The notes below the pieces were generated by a model. That model was not told the DNA's origin, did not search any database, and saw only the letters and a program-made list of their open reading frames with translations. From a virus (Duplodnaviria > Caudoviricetes): a DNA stretch of 48,898 nucleotides. The position numbers were made by a program, and so were the translations under genes. The stretch covers positions 1 through 48,898 of IMG/VR virus record IMGVR_UViG_3300048999_000260. One strand, 5' to 3'. Below are positions 34,264 through 43,109 of this stretch, one piece after another (position 1 is the first letter of the stretch; every line of letters begins with the position of its first letter).

Positions 34264-34887
34264 ATGACCGAAGGTCTCGACGTCTACGGGCGCTACAACA
34301 ACGTGACGAACTGGGGCTCCGTCAACGGGGCCAAGGACTTCGTGTGGATCAAGCTGTCCGACGGCACCACGCTCCAGAACGGACTTGGCGTCAACTACGA
34401 CTACGGGTACGTCGGTCCGGCGCGCGCGGCCGGTCTGCCGGCTGGTGGCTATCACTACGCGCAGTTCGGTGACGCCGTCGCGCAGGCGAACCTGTTCATC
34501 GACCGCTGCGAGGCGCTCGGCGCCGTCGACATCGCACCGATGCTAGACCTCGAGTCACCGTTCGTCGCGGACCAGACGGCCATCAACTTCGCCATCGCGT
34601 TCTGCAACCGCGTGCTCGCGCGCGGACACAAGCCGGCGCTGTACGCCAACAACTCGATGCTCACCACGATCCGCGGTCCGTTCAAGGCCGCGGTTCCGAA
34701 CTCGTACATCGTGGTGGCGCGCTACGGCGCCAATCCCACGGTGACGTACGATGACTGGCAGTTCACCAGCTCGGGCACCTGCCCGGGTGTGATCGGCAAC
34801 GTCGATCTCGACACCGGGATCTTCCCGGTGAACGTCCGGCCGGTTAGTGGTAACAGGCAGCAGAAGTACCAGCTCGTGAACGGTTGA
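34264..34887 (+). CDS. GH25 muramidase (endolysin catalytic domain)
   Basis: GLDV, FVWIKLSDG, GGYHYA, PMLDLE, WQFTSSG..PG..GNVDLD. Confidence 0.9.
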   Translation: MTEGLDVYGRYNNVTNWGSVNGAKDFVWIKLSDGTTLQNGLGVNYDYGYVGPARAAGLPAGGYHYAQFGDAVAQANLFIDRCEALGAVDIAPMLDLESPFVADQTAINFAIAFCNRVLARGHKPALYANNSMLTTIRGPFKAAVPNSYIVVARYGANPTVTYDDWQFTSSGTCPGVIGNVDLDTGIFPVNVRPVSGNRQQKYQLVNG

Positions 34888-34911
34888 CCGCAGGGAAAGT
34901 AGGAGCATACG

Positions 34912-35358
34912 ATGATCGGCGAATTTCAGCCCAAGTTCGACTACCGTCCGAAGTGGAAGTTGACGGACCCGGCCGACCCGACGTCCGCGTGGATCCCGGA
35001 CATCGACGCGGCCACCGGCCTGCAGGTCATCAAGCGCGTCGCGTATCAGACGTTCCACCAGCTCTTCTGGCCCGGCGACAGTACGGTTTCCAGCATCACG
35101 GCGAACGCGTGGTTCACGATCTCGAAGGGCTGGGACAACCCGACCAACCCCGTCAGCGGCACGGTCTTCTTCATCGGCACGAACGCGGACCTGTCGCCGA
35201 AGTACCTCGGCGCCGGCGGCTCGGCCGGCCAGGCGTTCACGTTGAGTCAGGACCGCGAGTTCACGACCGACCTGCCGGCCGGCACGAAGAAGATCAGCGT
35301 CCGGCTCGACCCGCACGATCACGCGGTCGGCTGGGCCATCGAAGCTCAGGCAGCGTAA
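34912..35358 (+). CDS. hypothetical protein
   Basis: AGGAG RBS; GC3-rich. Confidence 0.75.
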   Translation: MIGEFQPKFDYRPKWKLTDPADPTSAWIPDIDAATGLQVIKRVAYQTFHQLFWPGDSTVSSITANAWFTISKGWDNPTNPVSGTVFFIGTNADLSPKYLGAGGSAGQAFTLSQDREFTTDLPAGTKKISVRLDPHDHAVGWAIEAQAA

Positions 35359-35369
35359 GGGAGATCGGC

Positions 35370-35891
35370 ATGACTCGGAGCGACGTCGGACTCATCGGCT
35401 GGGGTGAGGCCGTTTTGTTCGATGTGGACGGTCACGTCAAGGCGCGCTGCGAGTTCCGGAACCTGGTCACCTCCGTTGGTGATCAGTACTACGGCGAGCG
35501 TGCGGCTGGTGTCGCGTCACCACCAGCGCAGGTGACTGGCATGAAACTCGGAACCGCTTCAACCGCGGTTGCGAAGACCGGCGCCGGTGCAGGTCTTGTG
35601 ACGTATCTTTCGGACTCACAACAAGCGTTGTCCGGAACACCGACGTCGACGCAGCCGGGTGGCGCAGGCACTGCACGAGTGATTACGTTTCAAGCGATTT
35701 GGGCCGCAGGCAAGGCAAATAGCCCTGCTACCCCGATTACCGAAGTTGTCATTGTGAACGAAACGTTGACTGATGCGCTTGGAGCTCAGGCATCAGCGAC
35801 TATCGCACGCGCACTGTTGACCGGAATTTCGAGTAAAGGTGCTAGTGACACCTTGACGGTCACATGGAACCACAGCATCTTGGGGGCGTAA
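35370..35891 (+). CDS. putative virion structural protein
   Basis: ATG 35370; NLVTSVG, MKLGT, ITEV, K...DTLTVTW pattern of tail/fibre base domains. Confidence 0.7.
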   Translation: MTRSDVGLIGWGEAVLFDVDGHVKARCEFRNLVTSVGDQYYGERAAGVASPPAQVTGMKLGTASTAVAKTGAGAGLVTYLSDSQQALSGTPTSTQPGGAGTARVITFQAIWAAGKANSPATPITEVVIVNETLTDALGAQASATIARALLTGISSKGASDTLTVTWNHSILGA

Positions 35892-36235
35892 TGAATAAGA
35901 AGCTTGTGTTTAGTGGTATCGCAGTTGTGGCCGTTACCGCTGCTGTCAACGTTGTGACAAACGCAGCAACACCGGCTTATGCCACTCTTGATAACCCTCG
36001 ATTTGTTGAAGTGCTGTCTACCGCTATTGCTGGCGGGTACGGAAATGAAGATGTTCCTTGCGCTGCAACGGAAGCGGCGATTGGTGGAGGATTCGTCATC
36101 GATGATCCGGCGCAATTGCAGGTGATTCATTCGAGCCCGATGGTAGGTATGAATCGTTGGCAGATCAGCGTCAAGAATTTGGACGCAGTTAACTCACATA
36201 ACTTTTTCGCGTATGCGGTCTGCGTCACGAGGTAA
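35891..36235 (+). CDS. secreted-type small beta protein, lower GC
   Basis: Signal-like MNKKLVFSGIAVVAV...PAYA; CAATEAAIGGGF...W...AYAVC. Confidence 0.7.
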   Translation: MNKKLVFSGIAVVAVTAAVNVVTNAATPAYATLDNPRFVEVLSTAIAGGYGNEDVPCAATEAAIGGGFVIDDPAQLQVIHSSPMVGMNRWQISVKNLDAVNSHNFFAYAVCVTR

Positions 36236-36859
36236 GTGCCCACGACCTTCTTCCTGCGAAACGAGGCGCCACCGCTTCTAGGCGGTGCACCGGCTAACAA
36301 GCTCCTCGATGAACAGCGCGGGAAGTCGGTCTTCTCCAAGGTAACCGACACTACGGCCGGCGCCACCTTCAAGCAGGTGACCGACAACTCCGGCGGTGTC
36401 GTAATCTCGTGGTATACCGAGATGCTCGACGCGGTCACGGTCTCCGGTCCGGTCTCGCTGAACCTGCGCGCGTTCGAGTCCGCGCTCACCGTGAATGCCA
36501 CGCTCGACATCAACGTGCAGTGGGTGACGGTAATCGGTAACCTACAAGGGACGATTCTCTCAGCGCGGCAGTTTCCTACTACGACCACCGAGCTGACCAC
36601 GACGGACGCCGCGTACACCGACACGTTCACGCCGACGTCCGTGAACATTCGACGTGGTGATCGCATCCGGTTGATCGTCGGCTTCCGCAACGTTGGGACG
36701 ATGGCAGCCGGGACCGCTACGCTGTCATACGGCGCAACCACGAGTGGCGGTGCCGGTGATAGCTTCATCACGTTTACCGAGAAAATCAAGACATTCGATA
36801 ACGTGGGCAACGCCTCATGGGCCGGTGCGGCACAGGGTGGAATCGCCGGTTGGTGGTAA
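36236..36859 (+). CDS. putative structural beta-sandwich protein
   Basis: ORF track; Thr/Gly-rich; GDRIRL. Confidence 0.7.
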   Translation: MPTTFFLRNEAPPLLGGAPANKLLDEQRGKSVFSKVTDTTAGATFKQVTDNSGGVVISWYTEMLDAVTVSGPVSLNLRAFESALTVNATLDINVQWVTVIGNLQGTILSARQFPTTTTELTTTDAAYTDTFTPTSVNIRRGDRIRLIVGFRNVGTMAAGTATLSYGATTSGGAGDSFITFTEKIKTFDNVGNASWAGAAQGGIAGWW

Positions 36860-36870
36860 GGGAGGATCAC

Positions 36871-37167
36871 ATGCCGAATACCATTTACACAGCATCAGTT
36901 ATTTTAAATGTCGATGACATCGAACCTGATGGTGGGATCGGTGAAGTAACGTACACCGCACCTGTCGGATGGTTTATCGTTAGTGGTGGCATCAAGGGAA
37001 TCGCCGACAACAGTAGTGACATCACTGTTCTGAACTGTTTTTCGACCGGTCAAGCTTTCACAGGTACCGTCTTGAACAGTGGTGCTACGGCGGAAAGTCG
37101 CGTGCGGTTCCAGCTCTTGCTTGTTGGAACAAATGGTGCAAACATCTCGCATGTTTCGTTGGCGTAG
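36871..37167 (+). CDS. small beta protein, lower GC
   Basis: GGAGG RBS; APVGWFIVSGG resembles part of the 35891 product. Confidence 0.7.
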   Translation: MPNTIYTASVILNVDDIEPDGGIGEVTYTAPVGWFIVSGGIKGIADNSSDITVLNCFSTGQAFTGTVLNSGATAESRVRFQLLLVGTNGANISHVSLA

Positions 37168-37179
37168 TAAGGACTGCTG

Positions 37180-37719
37180 ATGCCTGCTCAATTTTGGGAA
37201 GCGGTTCTTAACTCGCCGAACAACGGCGCCGGTGCGAACTACACCAACTCGACCACGATCACCGACGTGTCGGCCGCGCCACAACTCGTGCTGCCGGCCA
37301 ACTTCATGTATCCGGGTCAGTCGTTTCGGATGACGGCGTTCGGCACGTACGCGACGTCGGCCACCACACCGACGCTTATTCTCGGCTTCTATTACGGTGG
37401 CGTGGCTGGCACGGCATTGGCTGCCAGTACCGCCGTTACCACGACGAACACTGCAACTGTGAACTGGGCGTGGCGACTGGAGGCGACGGCAACGGTGCGC
37501 ACGGTCGGTGCCACCGGAACCGTTATCACACAAGGTTTCTTGGATATCGCCACGTCGTTGACCGCGATTACACATGTGCCGATTCCAGCGATCGCTTTGG
37601 CCACGGTGACGATTGACACGACATCTGCCAAGGCGCTGACGGTCGGTGCGACATGGGGAACTGCAGCGGCGACGAACATCTTAGTGTGCCACCAATTCCT
37701 CGTGGAGGCGATGAACTGA
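37180..37719 (+). CDS. putative structural protein (Thr/Ala-rich)
   Basis: AAGGA RBS; LPANF..PG..FR..A.G. Confidence 0.75.
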   Translation: MPAQFWEAVLNSPNNGAGANYTNSTTITDVSAAPQLVLPANFMYPGQSFRMTAFGTYATSATTPTLILGFYYGGVAGTALAASTAVTTTNTATVNWAWRLEATATVRTVGATGTVITQGFLDIATSLTAITHVPIPAIALATVTIDTTSAKALTVGATWGTAAATNILVCHQFLVEAMN

Positions 37720-38075
37720 TGGCTGATGAAATCGTGACGAAGGGTGGCGGGACGTTTCCATCTAGTCCTTACGTGTGGGCTGACTCGTGGTGGACTGTTA
37801 ACGGTGCGGAACGAAAGATCATTCTGACAATCCGCTTTGACTCACCGACAAACGGCGGTGGTACAAACGCCTTACAGGGCTTGGACTACGACCTGGATCC
37901 CGGTTGCCCGTGGGAGTACCTGATCATTACCAAGCCGGATGGTACGGTTTTGACTCGACAGATCCCACGAACGTCGCGCACCGGTACGATCACCGCGACC
38001 CAGCTGCACAACTTCGGACTCGATTCCTTTCTGGACATCGCTTCCATCACGGTGGGCAGCACTCCCCCGAGCTGA
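37719..38075 (+). CDS. hypothetical protein
   Basis: GGAGG RBS; TGATG coupling. Confidence 0.7.
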   Translation: MADEIVTKGGGTFPSSPYVWADSWWTVNGAERKIILTIRFDSPTNGGGTNALQGLDYDLDPGCPWEYLIITKPDGTVLTRQIPRTSRTGTITATQLHNFGLDSFLDIASITVGSTPPS

Positions 38076-38096
38076 CGGTAAGGGGGTGCCGCTAAC

Positions 38097-39917
38097 GTGG
38101 CCGTAGTACTCGATGCTTCCACACCAGGGTTTGTCACCGGCACCTCCAATCCGGTTACGAGCGCACCGATCATCGCGCCAGCCGGAAGCATGTTCTTCGC
38201 GATTTGCATCGCGGACGAGTCAAACACCTTCGTCATCAGCAATCCGTCCGGCAGCGCGCTGACGTGGACGTCTATCGGTGCGTCGGTCTCCGGTGCTGGC
38301 TTTACAAACATGCAGGTTTACTGGGCCTACGATCCGGTCGGCGGTAGCCGTACCGTTCGATCGACCAGAACCGGCTCGTTTACGGCGCATGGCCTTAAGG
38401 TTTTGGTGTTTACCGGAACCGAGACCACGTTCACCGGTGCCAACGGATCTGCGAAGCTCGACACCGTCAACATCGTTACGACCGCTGCCAACTCGTGGGT
38501 TTGGGCCGGTCACGGCGACGAGAATGCGGCGCTCGATACCGCGGCCACGAACTGCACGTTCAACGATGGACCGGCGGTGTTCGGCACCGGTGGCATCGCC
38601 GGTGGTATCATCAAGCGCAACGCCATTACGGCGACGTCCGGCACGAGCGTCACGATCGGTACGTCGGCTGGCACGCTGCCAGCTGTCTTGGCTTTCGAGG
38701 TCAAGGAGGGCGGCGGTGCCGCGGCGCCGTCCGGTAACGCGCTGGCCGGTCGATGGCCTAACGCGATGGCACCGGGCTTTACGCGTCGCAACGTCCAGAC
38801 CAACTTCAACACGCCGTTCCAGCTGCTCGGTTCGCAGGACGTCGCGCAGACCTACGTCAAGTCCACATCGGACCCGGTCGGCATCACCGACGCGACGGCA
38901 CTATCTCGTATCACCGTGCAGACCGATCCGGTCGGGGTCACCGACTCGGTCAAGGTCAGCCGCACGACGGCGGTCACGGATCCGGTCGGCATCACGGACA
39001 CGCGTGCCTACAACGACGGCGAGAACTACACGGATCCCGTCGGGATCACCGACGCCGCGACTCGTGTCGTAGCCGCGGTCCGCTCGCCGGCCGATCCGGT
39101 CAACGTCACGGATACGCGGACCGTCGCGCGCGGTAAGTCGCAGACGGACGCGGTCGGCATCACCGACAGCGCGACCGGTGTGATCAGCCTGACGAAGACC
39201 GTCACCGACGCGATCGGGATCACCGACGCGCAGACGAAGTCGCGCGCTGAGTCCTCCGGAGAGGCCGTCGGGCTGACCGATTCGGTATCGGTTACCAAGA
39301 CGGTGGTGCGCATCGTCTCCGATCCGGTGGGCGTACTGGATACCCGCGCGTACAACGACGGTGAGAACTACACCGATCCGATCGCGATCACGGACACGCA
39401 AACGGTCGCGCGCGGCACGTCGCGTAGCGATCCGGTGGGTATCACCGACGCGCGCACCGTCGCGGCCGGCCGGACCCGGACGGACCCGGTCAACGTCACC
39501 GACGCGCGCAACGTCGCGCGGATCAAGCCGGTCACCGATCCGATCGGCGTGACCGACAGTGCGACGGCGGCACGGTCGATCCACGTAACCATCACCGATT
39601 CCGTTGGTCTCACCGACTTCATCCCGACCGGGATCGTCCGTGACATCTGCGTGTCGTTGACCGGCGGACCGCACGTCCGGACACACGCGCTTACCGGTCC
39701 GCGGGTCGTCCCGCACACCGTCGTCGGTCCGCGCGTCGATCGCGCCGTGACCGGACCGGGTGCCGTGTCGGTCAAGATACAATCCTTGAAGGCACAGGGA
39801 CGTACGATGACCGGACCGCGCGTGCGGTCACACGCCGTCAGCGGTCCGCGGCTCCGTCCGCTGATCACCTCCGAGGGGATCCAGCCACGAACCGTAACCG
39901 GCCCAACGAATTGCTGA
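38097..39917 (+). CDS. repeat-rich putative fibre/minor virion protein
   Basis: About 14 xDPVGITD repeats plus C-terminal TGPRV repeats. Confidence 0.75.
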   Translation: MAVVLDASTPGFVTGTSNPVTSAPIIAPAGSMFFAICIADESNTFVISNPSGSALTWTSIGASVSGAGFTNMQVYWAYDPVGGSRTVRSTRTGSFTAHGLKVLVFTGTETTFTGANGSAKLDTVNIVTTAANSWVWAGHGDENAALDTAATNCTFNDGPAVFGTGGIAGGIIKRNAITATSGTSVTIGTSAGTLPAVLAFEVKEGGGAAAPSGNALAGRWPNAMAPGFTRRNVQTNFNTPFQLLGSQDVAQTYVKSTSDPVGITDATALSRITVQTDPVGVTDSVKVSRTTAVTDPVGITDTRAYNDGENYTDPVGITDAATRVVAAVRSPADPVNVTDTRTVARGKSQTDAVGITDSATGVISLTKTVTDAIGITDAQTKSRAESSGEAVGLTDSVSVTKTVVRIVSDPVGVLDTRAYNDGENYTDPIAITDTQTVARGTSRSDPVGITDARTVAAGRTRTDPVNVTDARNVARIKPVTDPIGVTDSATAARSIHVTITDSVGLTDFIPTGIVRDICVSLTGGPHVRTHALTGPRVVPHTVVGPRVDRAVTGPGAVSVKIQSLKAQGRTMTGPRVRSHAVSGPRLRPLITSEGIQPRTVTGPTNC

Positions 39918-39930
39918 CGGGACAAGACCG

Positions 39931-40269
39931 ATGACCCTGGTGATGCAGCGCGAATCGACCGAGTTCATCTACCTCGGCGTGGCCGGCAACGTGCCAAGCG
40001 TCGGCGCGGAGTGCGCGTTCTTGATCGCGGGCGTGCGACCGACGTCCGGCGACTGGAAGACCGCGATCGTCGTGATCAACGGCGATCCGCTGTACGCCAG
40101 TGCCGTGGCGTCCGGCGCGACCGGTGCGTTCTACATCGCCATCAAGATCGGTGCGTTCAGCGGCGGCACGGTTACCCTGACGGCCGGCGACTACCAGGTG
40201 TGGGTGCGGATGACCGACGCCTCAGAACAGCCCGTTCGTATCGCACCCGAGGCCTTGGAGATCGCATGA
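39931..40269 (+). CDS. putative structural protein
   Basis: RESTEFI...LTAGDYQVWVRMTDASEQPV pattern common in actinophage virion modules. Confidence 0.75.
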   Translation: MTLVMQRESTEFIYLGVAGNVPSVGAECAFLIAGVRPTSGDWKTAIVVINGDPLYASAVASGATGAFYIAIKIGAFSGGTVTLTAGDYQVWVRMTDASEQPVRIAPEALEIA

Positions 40270-40505
40270 CCGCAAGCAAACTGCAAGTTCCCTATGACTG
40301 GGATCCGGAACTCACCGATCTCATCGAGCTCGCGATCACGCCGCCAACACGCGAACCCGTGGAGACGGACTGGCAGCCGGCATACCGCGACACGGTCAAC
40401 GGCACCCGCGTCGTGTGGATTCGACCGGAACCGCAGGGCGCCAAGGTACTTGTATGGTTGCGTGACCGCAACGGTGTTCGCCAACACATGATGATCTCAC
40501 TGTGA
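40266..40505 (+). CDS. hypothetical protein (degenerate relative of upstream gene)
   Basis: ATGA overlap; P...DW..A...VWLR. Confidence 0.6.
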   Translation: MTASKLQVPYDWDPELTDLIELAITPPTREPVETDWQPAYRDTVNGTRVVWIRPEPQGAKVLVWLRDRNGVRQHMMISL

Positions 40506-40525
40506 TGACAAGGTAGGATCACGCC

Positions 40526-41314
40526 ATGACGACGGAGCTAGGTCCGTGCATGAACTGGCCGGTGGTCTGGACCTGCCAGGTACCGACCAACCAGACCGCC
40601 ACGACTGGTACCGCCGTCGCCATGGCAACCGAGATCCTCTGGGCGTTGTCCGGCCGGCAGTTCGGCACGTGTACGGTGACGATCCGGCCGTGTCGGCGCT
40701 CGTGCGCGAACGCGCCGTGGGGCTGGAACGAGATCTTTCCTGGTAACACGTGGATCCAGCCGATGCTCTACGCCGGCAACTGGTACAACATCGTCTGTGG
40801 CAACTGCTCGGGTACGGACTGCTCGTGCAGCCACGTGTCCGAGGTGATCCTGCCGGCGCCAGCCACCGAGATCACCGCGGTGAAGGTCGACGGGGTCACG
40901 CTGCTGCCCGGCGTGTACCGCCTGGACAGCAACCGGCTTCTCGTGCGAATCGGCGCCGACTGGCCGCGGTGCAACGACCTGACGCGGCACGACACCGAGG
41001 TCGGCACGTGGTCGGTCACCGCGAAGTACGGACGCGCCGTGCCGGAGGGTGGCGCGGTCGCGATCGGTGAACTCGCGTGTGAGATCAACCGGGCCATCCA
41101 CGGCGAGGACTGCCGACTGCCCCAACGTGTCACGCAGCTCGCACGGCAGGGCGTGACGATCACCTTCCCCGACTCGTCGTCGCTCTTCAAGGAGGGACGC
41201 ACAGGTCTGTACCTCACCGACATGTTCATCGCCGCCTGGAATCCCGGCGGTCTTCGCTCACCGTCACGCGTCTACTCCGTCGATCGGTCCGGACCACGGA
41301 GGGAGGGCATGTGA
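40526..41314 (+). CDS. head-to-tail adaptor
   Basis: ATEILWALSGRQFGTC..TIRPC, WPRCND, GELACE, CRLPQRV..LARQGV, NPGGL. Confidence 0.8.
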   Translation: MTTELGPCMNWPVVWTCQVPTNQTATTGTAVAMATEILWALSGRQFGTCTVTIRPCRRSCANAPWGWNEIFPGNTWIQPMLYAGNWYNIVCGNCSGTDCSCSHVSEVILPAPATEITAVKVDGVTLLPGVYRLDSNRLLVRIGADWPRCNDLTRHDTEVGTWSVTAKYGRAVPEGGAVAIGELACEINRAIHGEDCRLPQRVTQLARQGVTITFPDSSSLFKEGRTGLYLTDMFIAAWNPGGLRSPSRVYSVDRSGPRREGM

Positions 41315-41826
41315 CGAACGGACTCGTCTTCTACCAGGTCCTCAACGGGTTGTTGATCGAGGTGAACACCCGACTCATCGCCACCGCCGCCGGTCAACCG
41401 GCGCGCATGTGCGTCTACCCCGGACTGATCGCGTGGGACGAGTGCGACTGCGGGCAGCTTGCTGGCGCGATCTCACGGATCTATCTCTCGGACAACTTTC
41501 CGTTGCCGCACACCGGCCGTGGCCAGGGCGAGACGACGTCGTGTCATCCGGCGTACAAGGTGGCCGAGTGTGTCGTCAGCTTGATGCGCTGCGCGCCATC
41601 GCCAGCGACCAACGCGATCGCGCCAACGTGTGAGGCGCTCGACGCCGCGGCGCAGACGTGGGCGATCGACGCGGACGTGGCGCTTGCCGGGGTCCTATGT
41701 AAACTTGAAGACTACAAGGACGACGGCACGATCATCGATTATCGCGTGGACAACCAGATGCCCGCCGGTCCGGAGGGCGCGTGTGTGGGAACGGACGTGC
41801 ATTTCCTCGTAGGTCTGGAACTCTGA
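41311..41826 (+). CDS. neck/tail completion protein
   Basis: PG..AWDECDCGQL, MRCAP, GPEGACVG; position. Confidence 0.65.
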   Translation: MTNGLVFYQVLNGLLIEVNTRLIATAAGQPARMCVYPGLIAWDECDCGQLAGAISRIYLSDNFPLPHTGRGQGETTSCHPAYKVAECVVSLMRCAPSPATNAIAPTCEALDAAAQTWAIDADVALAGVLCKLEDYKDDGTIIDYRVDNQMPAGPEGACVGTDVHFLVGLEL

Positions 41827-41827
41827 C

Positions 41828-42232
41828 ATGGTTGTTCAACATCTCAACCAGACGGCGCTCAGCCAGTTGCTCGAGTCACCGACCGGCGGTGTCGGTCGCG
41901 AGCTGTATCGCCGCGGCATTCGCGTGCAGGCGCGTGCGCGGCAGCTCTGTCCGGTCGACACCGGCCGGCTGCGCGCGTCGATCAACGTCGAGATCACCAC
42001 GAGCCATAACCGGCTGGCATGTCGCGTCGGTACGAACGTCAAGTACGCGATGATGATCCACAACGGAACTGGCATCTACGGTCCGAAGGCGCGACCGATC
42101 CGGCCGACACACGCGTCCGTGATGGCGTTCACGCCACGTGGCGGTAACGCGATGGTCTTCGCGTCCAGCGTGCGCGGTACGCCGGCCACGCTGTTCCTCA
42201 CCGACGCGCTCAGGTTCGGCACCGCGGCGTAA
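41828..42232 (+). CDS. HK97 gp10-like neck protein
   Basis: CPVDTGRLRASI, VGTNVKYA..IHNGT, FL.DAL. Confidence 0.85.
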   Translation: MVVQHLNQTALSQLLESPTGGVGRELYRRGIRVQARARQLCPVDTGRLRASINVEITTSHNRLACRVGTNVKYAMMIHNGTGIYGPKARPIRPTHASVMAFTPRGGNAMVFASSVRGTPATLFLTDALRFGTAA

Positions 42233-42306
42233 GGAAATGTTGTGCGCTAATCGTCGTTGACCATTCGTGCGCTATACGATGATGTTCGATGACGAAAGGA
42301 CAAAAC

Positions 42307-42786
42307 ATGACGACCGTTGAAACCGCGGATGGACCGATCATCGAAACCACGCCGGCCGCATCGGCCGCACCGGTACCGGTCATCGACACGGCACCGTCCA
42401 CACTGGACACGATCGAGCCGACGGTGGTCACCGAGAACGGCGAGGAGATCTTCGACTTCACGACCGGTCGGAAGAACTTCAAGTTCAAGATCGACGATGA
42501 CGTCTTCGAGGCGATCAGCGACCTGCCCGCGTTGACCGCCATGGAATTCGGCCAGTACGCCAACACCCTCGATACGAGCAGCGATCTCGACGCGCAGGCC
42601 AAGGCGGTCGAGACCATGTTCCGACTGGTCTTGACCACCGCGTCGGCGGAGGTGTTCATCCGTCGACTGTCCGATGTGAACAACCCGATCGGTGCGCGGC
42701 CGATGAACAGCATCATGATGTGGCTCATGGAGAAGTACGGGTTCCGCCCTACCGCGCCGTCCGGGGTCTCCTCGGATGGCTCTTAA
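42307..42786 (+). CDS. tail assembly chaperone
   Basis: AAAGGA RBS; FKIDDDVF, WLMEKYGFRPT; upstream of tape measure. Confidence 0.8.
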   Translation: MTTVETADGPIIETTPAASAAPVPVIDTAPSTLDTIEPTVVTENGEEIFDFTTGRKNFKFKIDDDVFEAISDLPALTAMEFGQYANTLDTSSDLDAQAKAVETMFRLVLTTASAEVFIRRLSDVNNPIGARPMNSIMMWLMEKYGFRPTAPSGVSSDGS

Positions 42787-43109
42787 AACCACAGAACTGG
42801 TACCAGCTGGAGGGTGAATGCTCGCGACACGGCGTCGATTTGGAGTCGCTGCCGTTTCATCGCGTGCTCAACGTGGCGTACAGCTGGATCATCGAACACA
42901 CGCCGACGCAGGACGAGGACGGCAAGCCGGTCGACAAGCGTGGCGAGCTGGATGACATGCTCAAGGTACACACGTGGCCGGTACCGCGGACGATGCACGG
43001 AACCAACCGGTACAAGGAAAAGGTGAAGTCAAACGCACCGGCCTGGTGGGTCGATGACGAAGAGGCAAGTCAGAGCTTCTTGATGGAGATGGGTGTGCCG
43101 GTGCGATGA
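42720..43109 (+). CDS. tail assembly chaperone second ORF (probable frameshift extension)
   Basis: -1 frame overlap with chaperone; GVDLESLPFHRVLNVAYSW, APAWW. Confidence 0.7.
   Translation: MAHGEVRVPPYRAVRGLLGWLLKPQNWYQLEGECSRHGVDLESLPFHRVLNVAYSWIIEHTPTQDEDGKPVDKRGELDDMLKVHTWPVPRTMHGTNRYKEKVKSNAPAWWVDDEEASQSFLMEMGVPVR

Noticed and set aside
35470-38100. Diversity-generating retroelement target
   Set aside because: No reverse transcriptase and no template/variable repeat pair with adenine-specific differences was seen.
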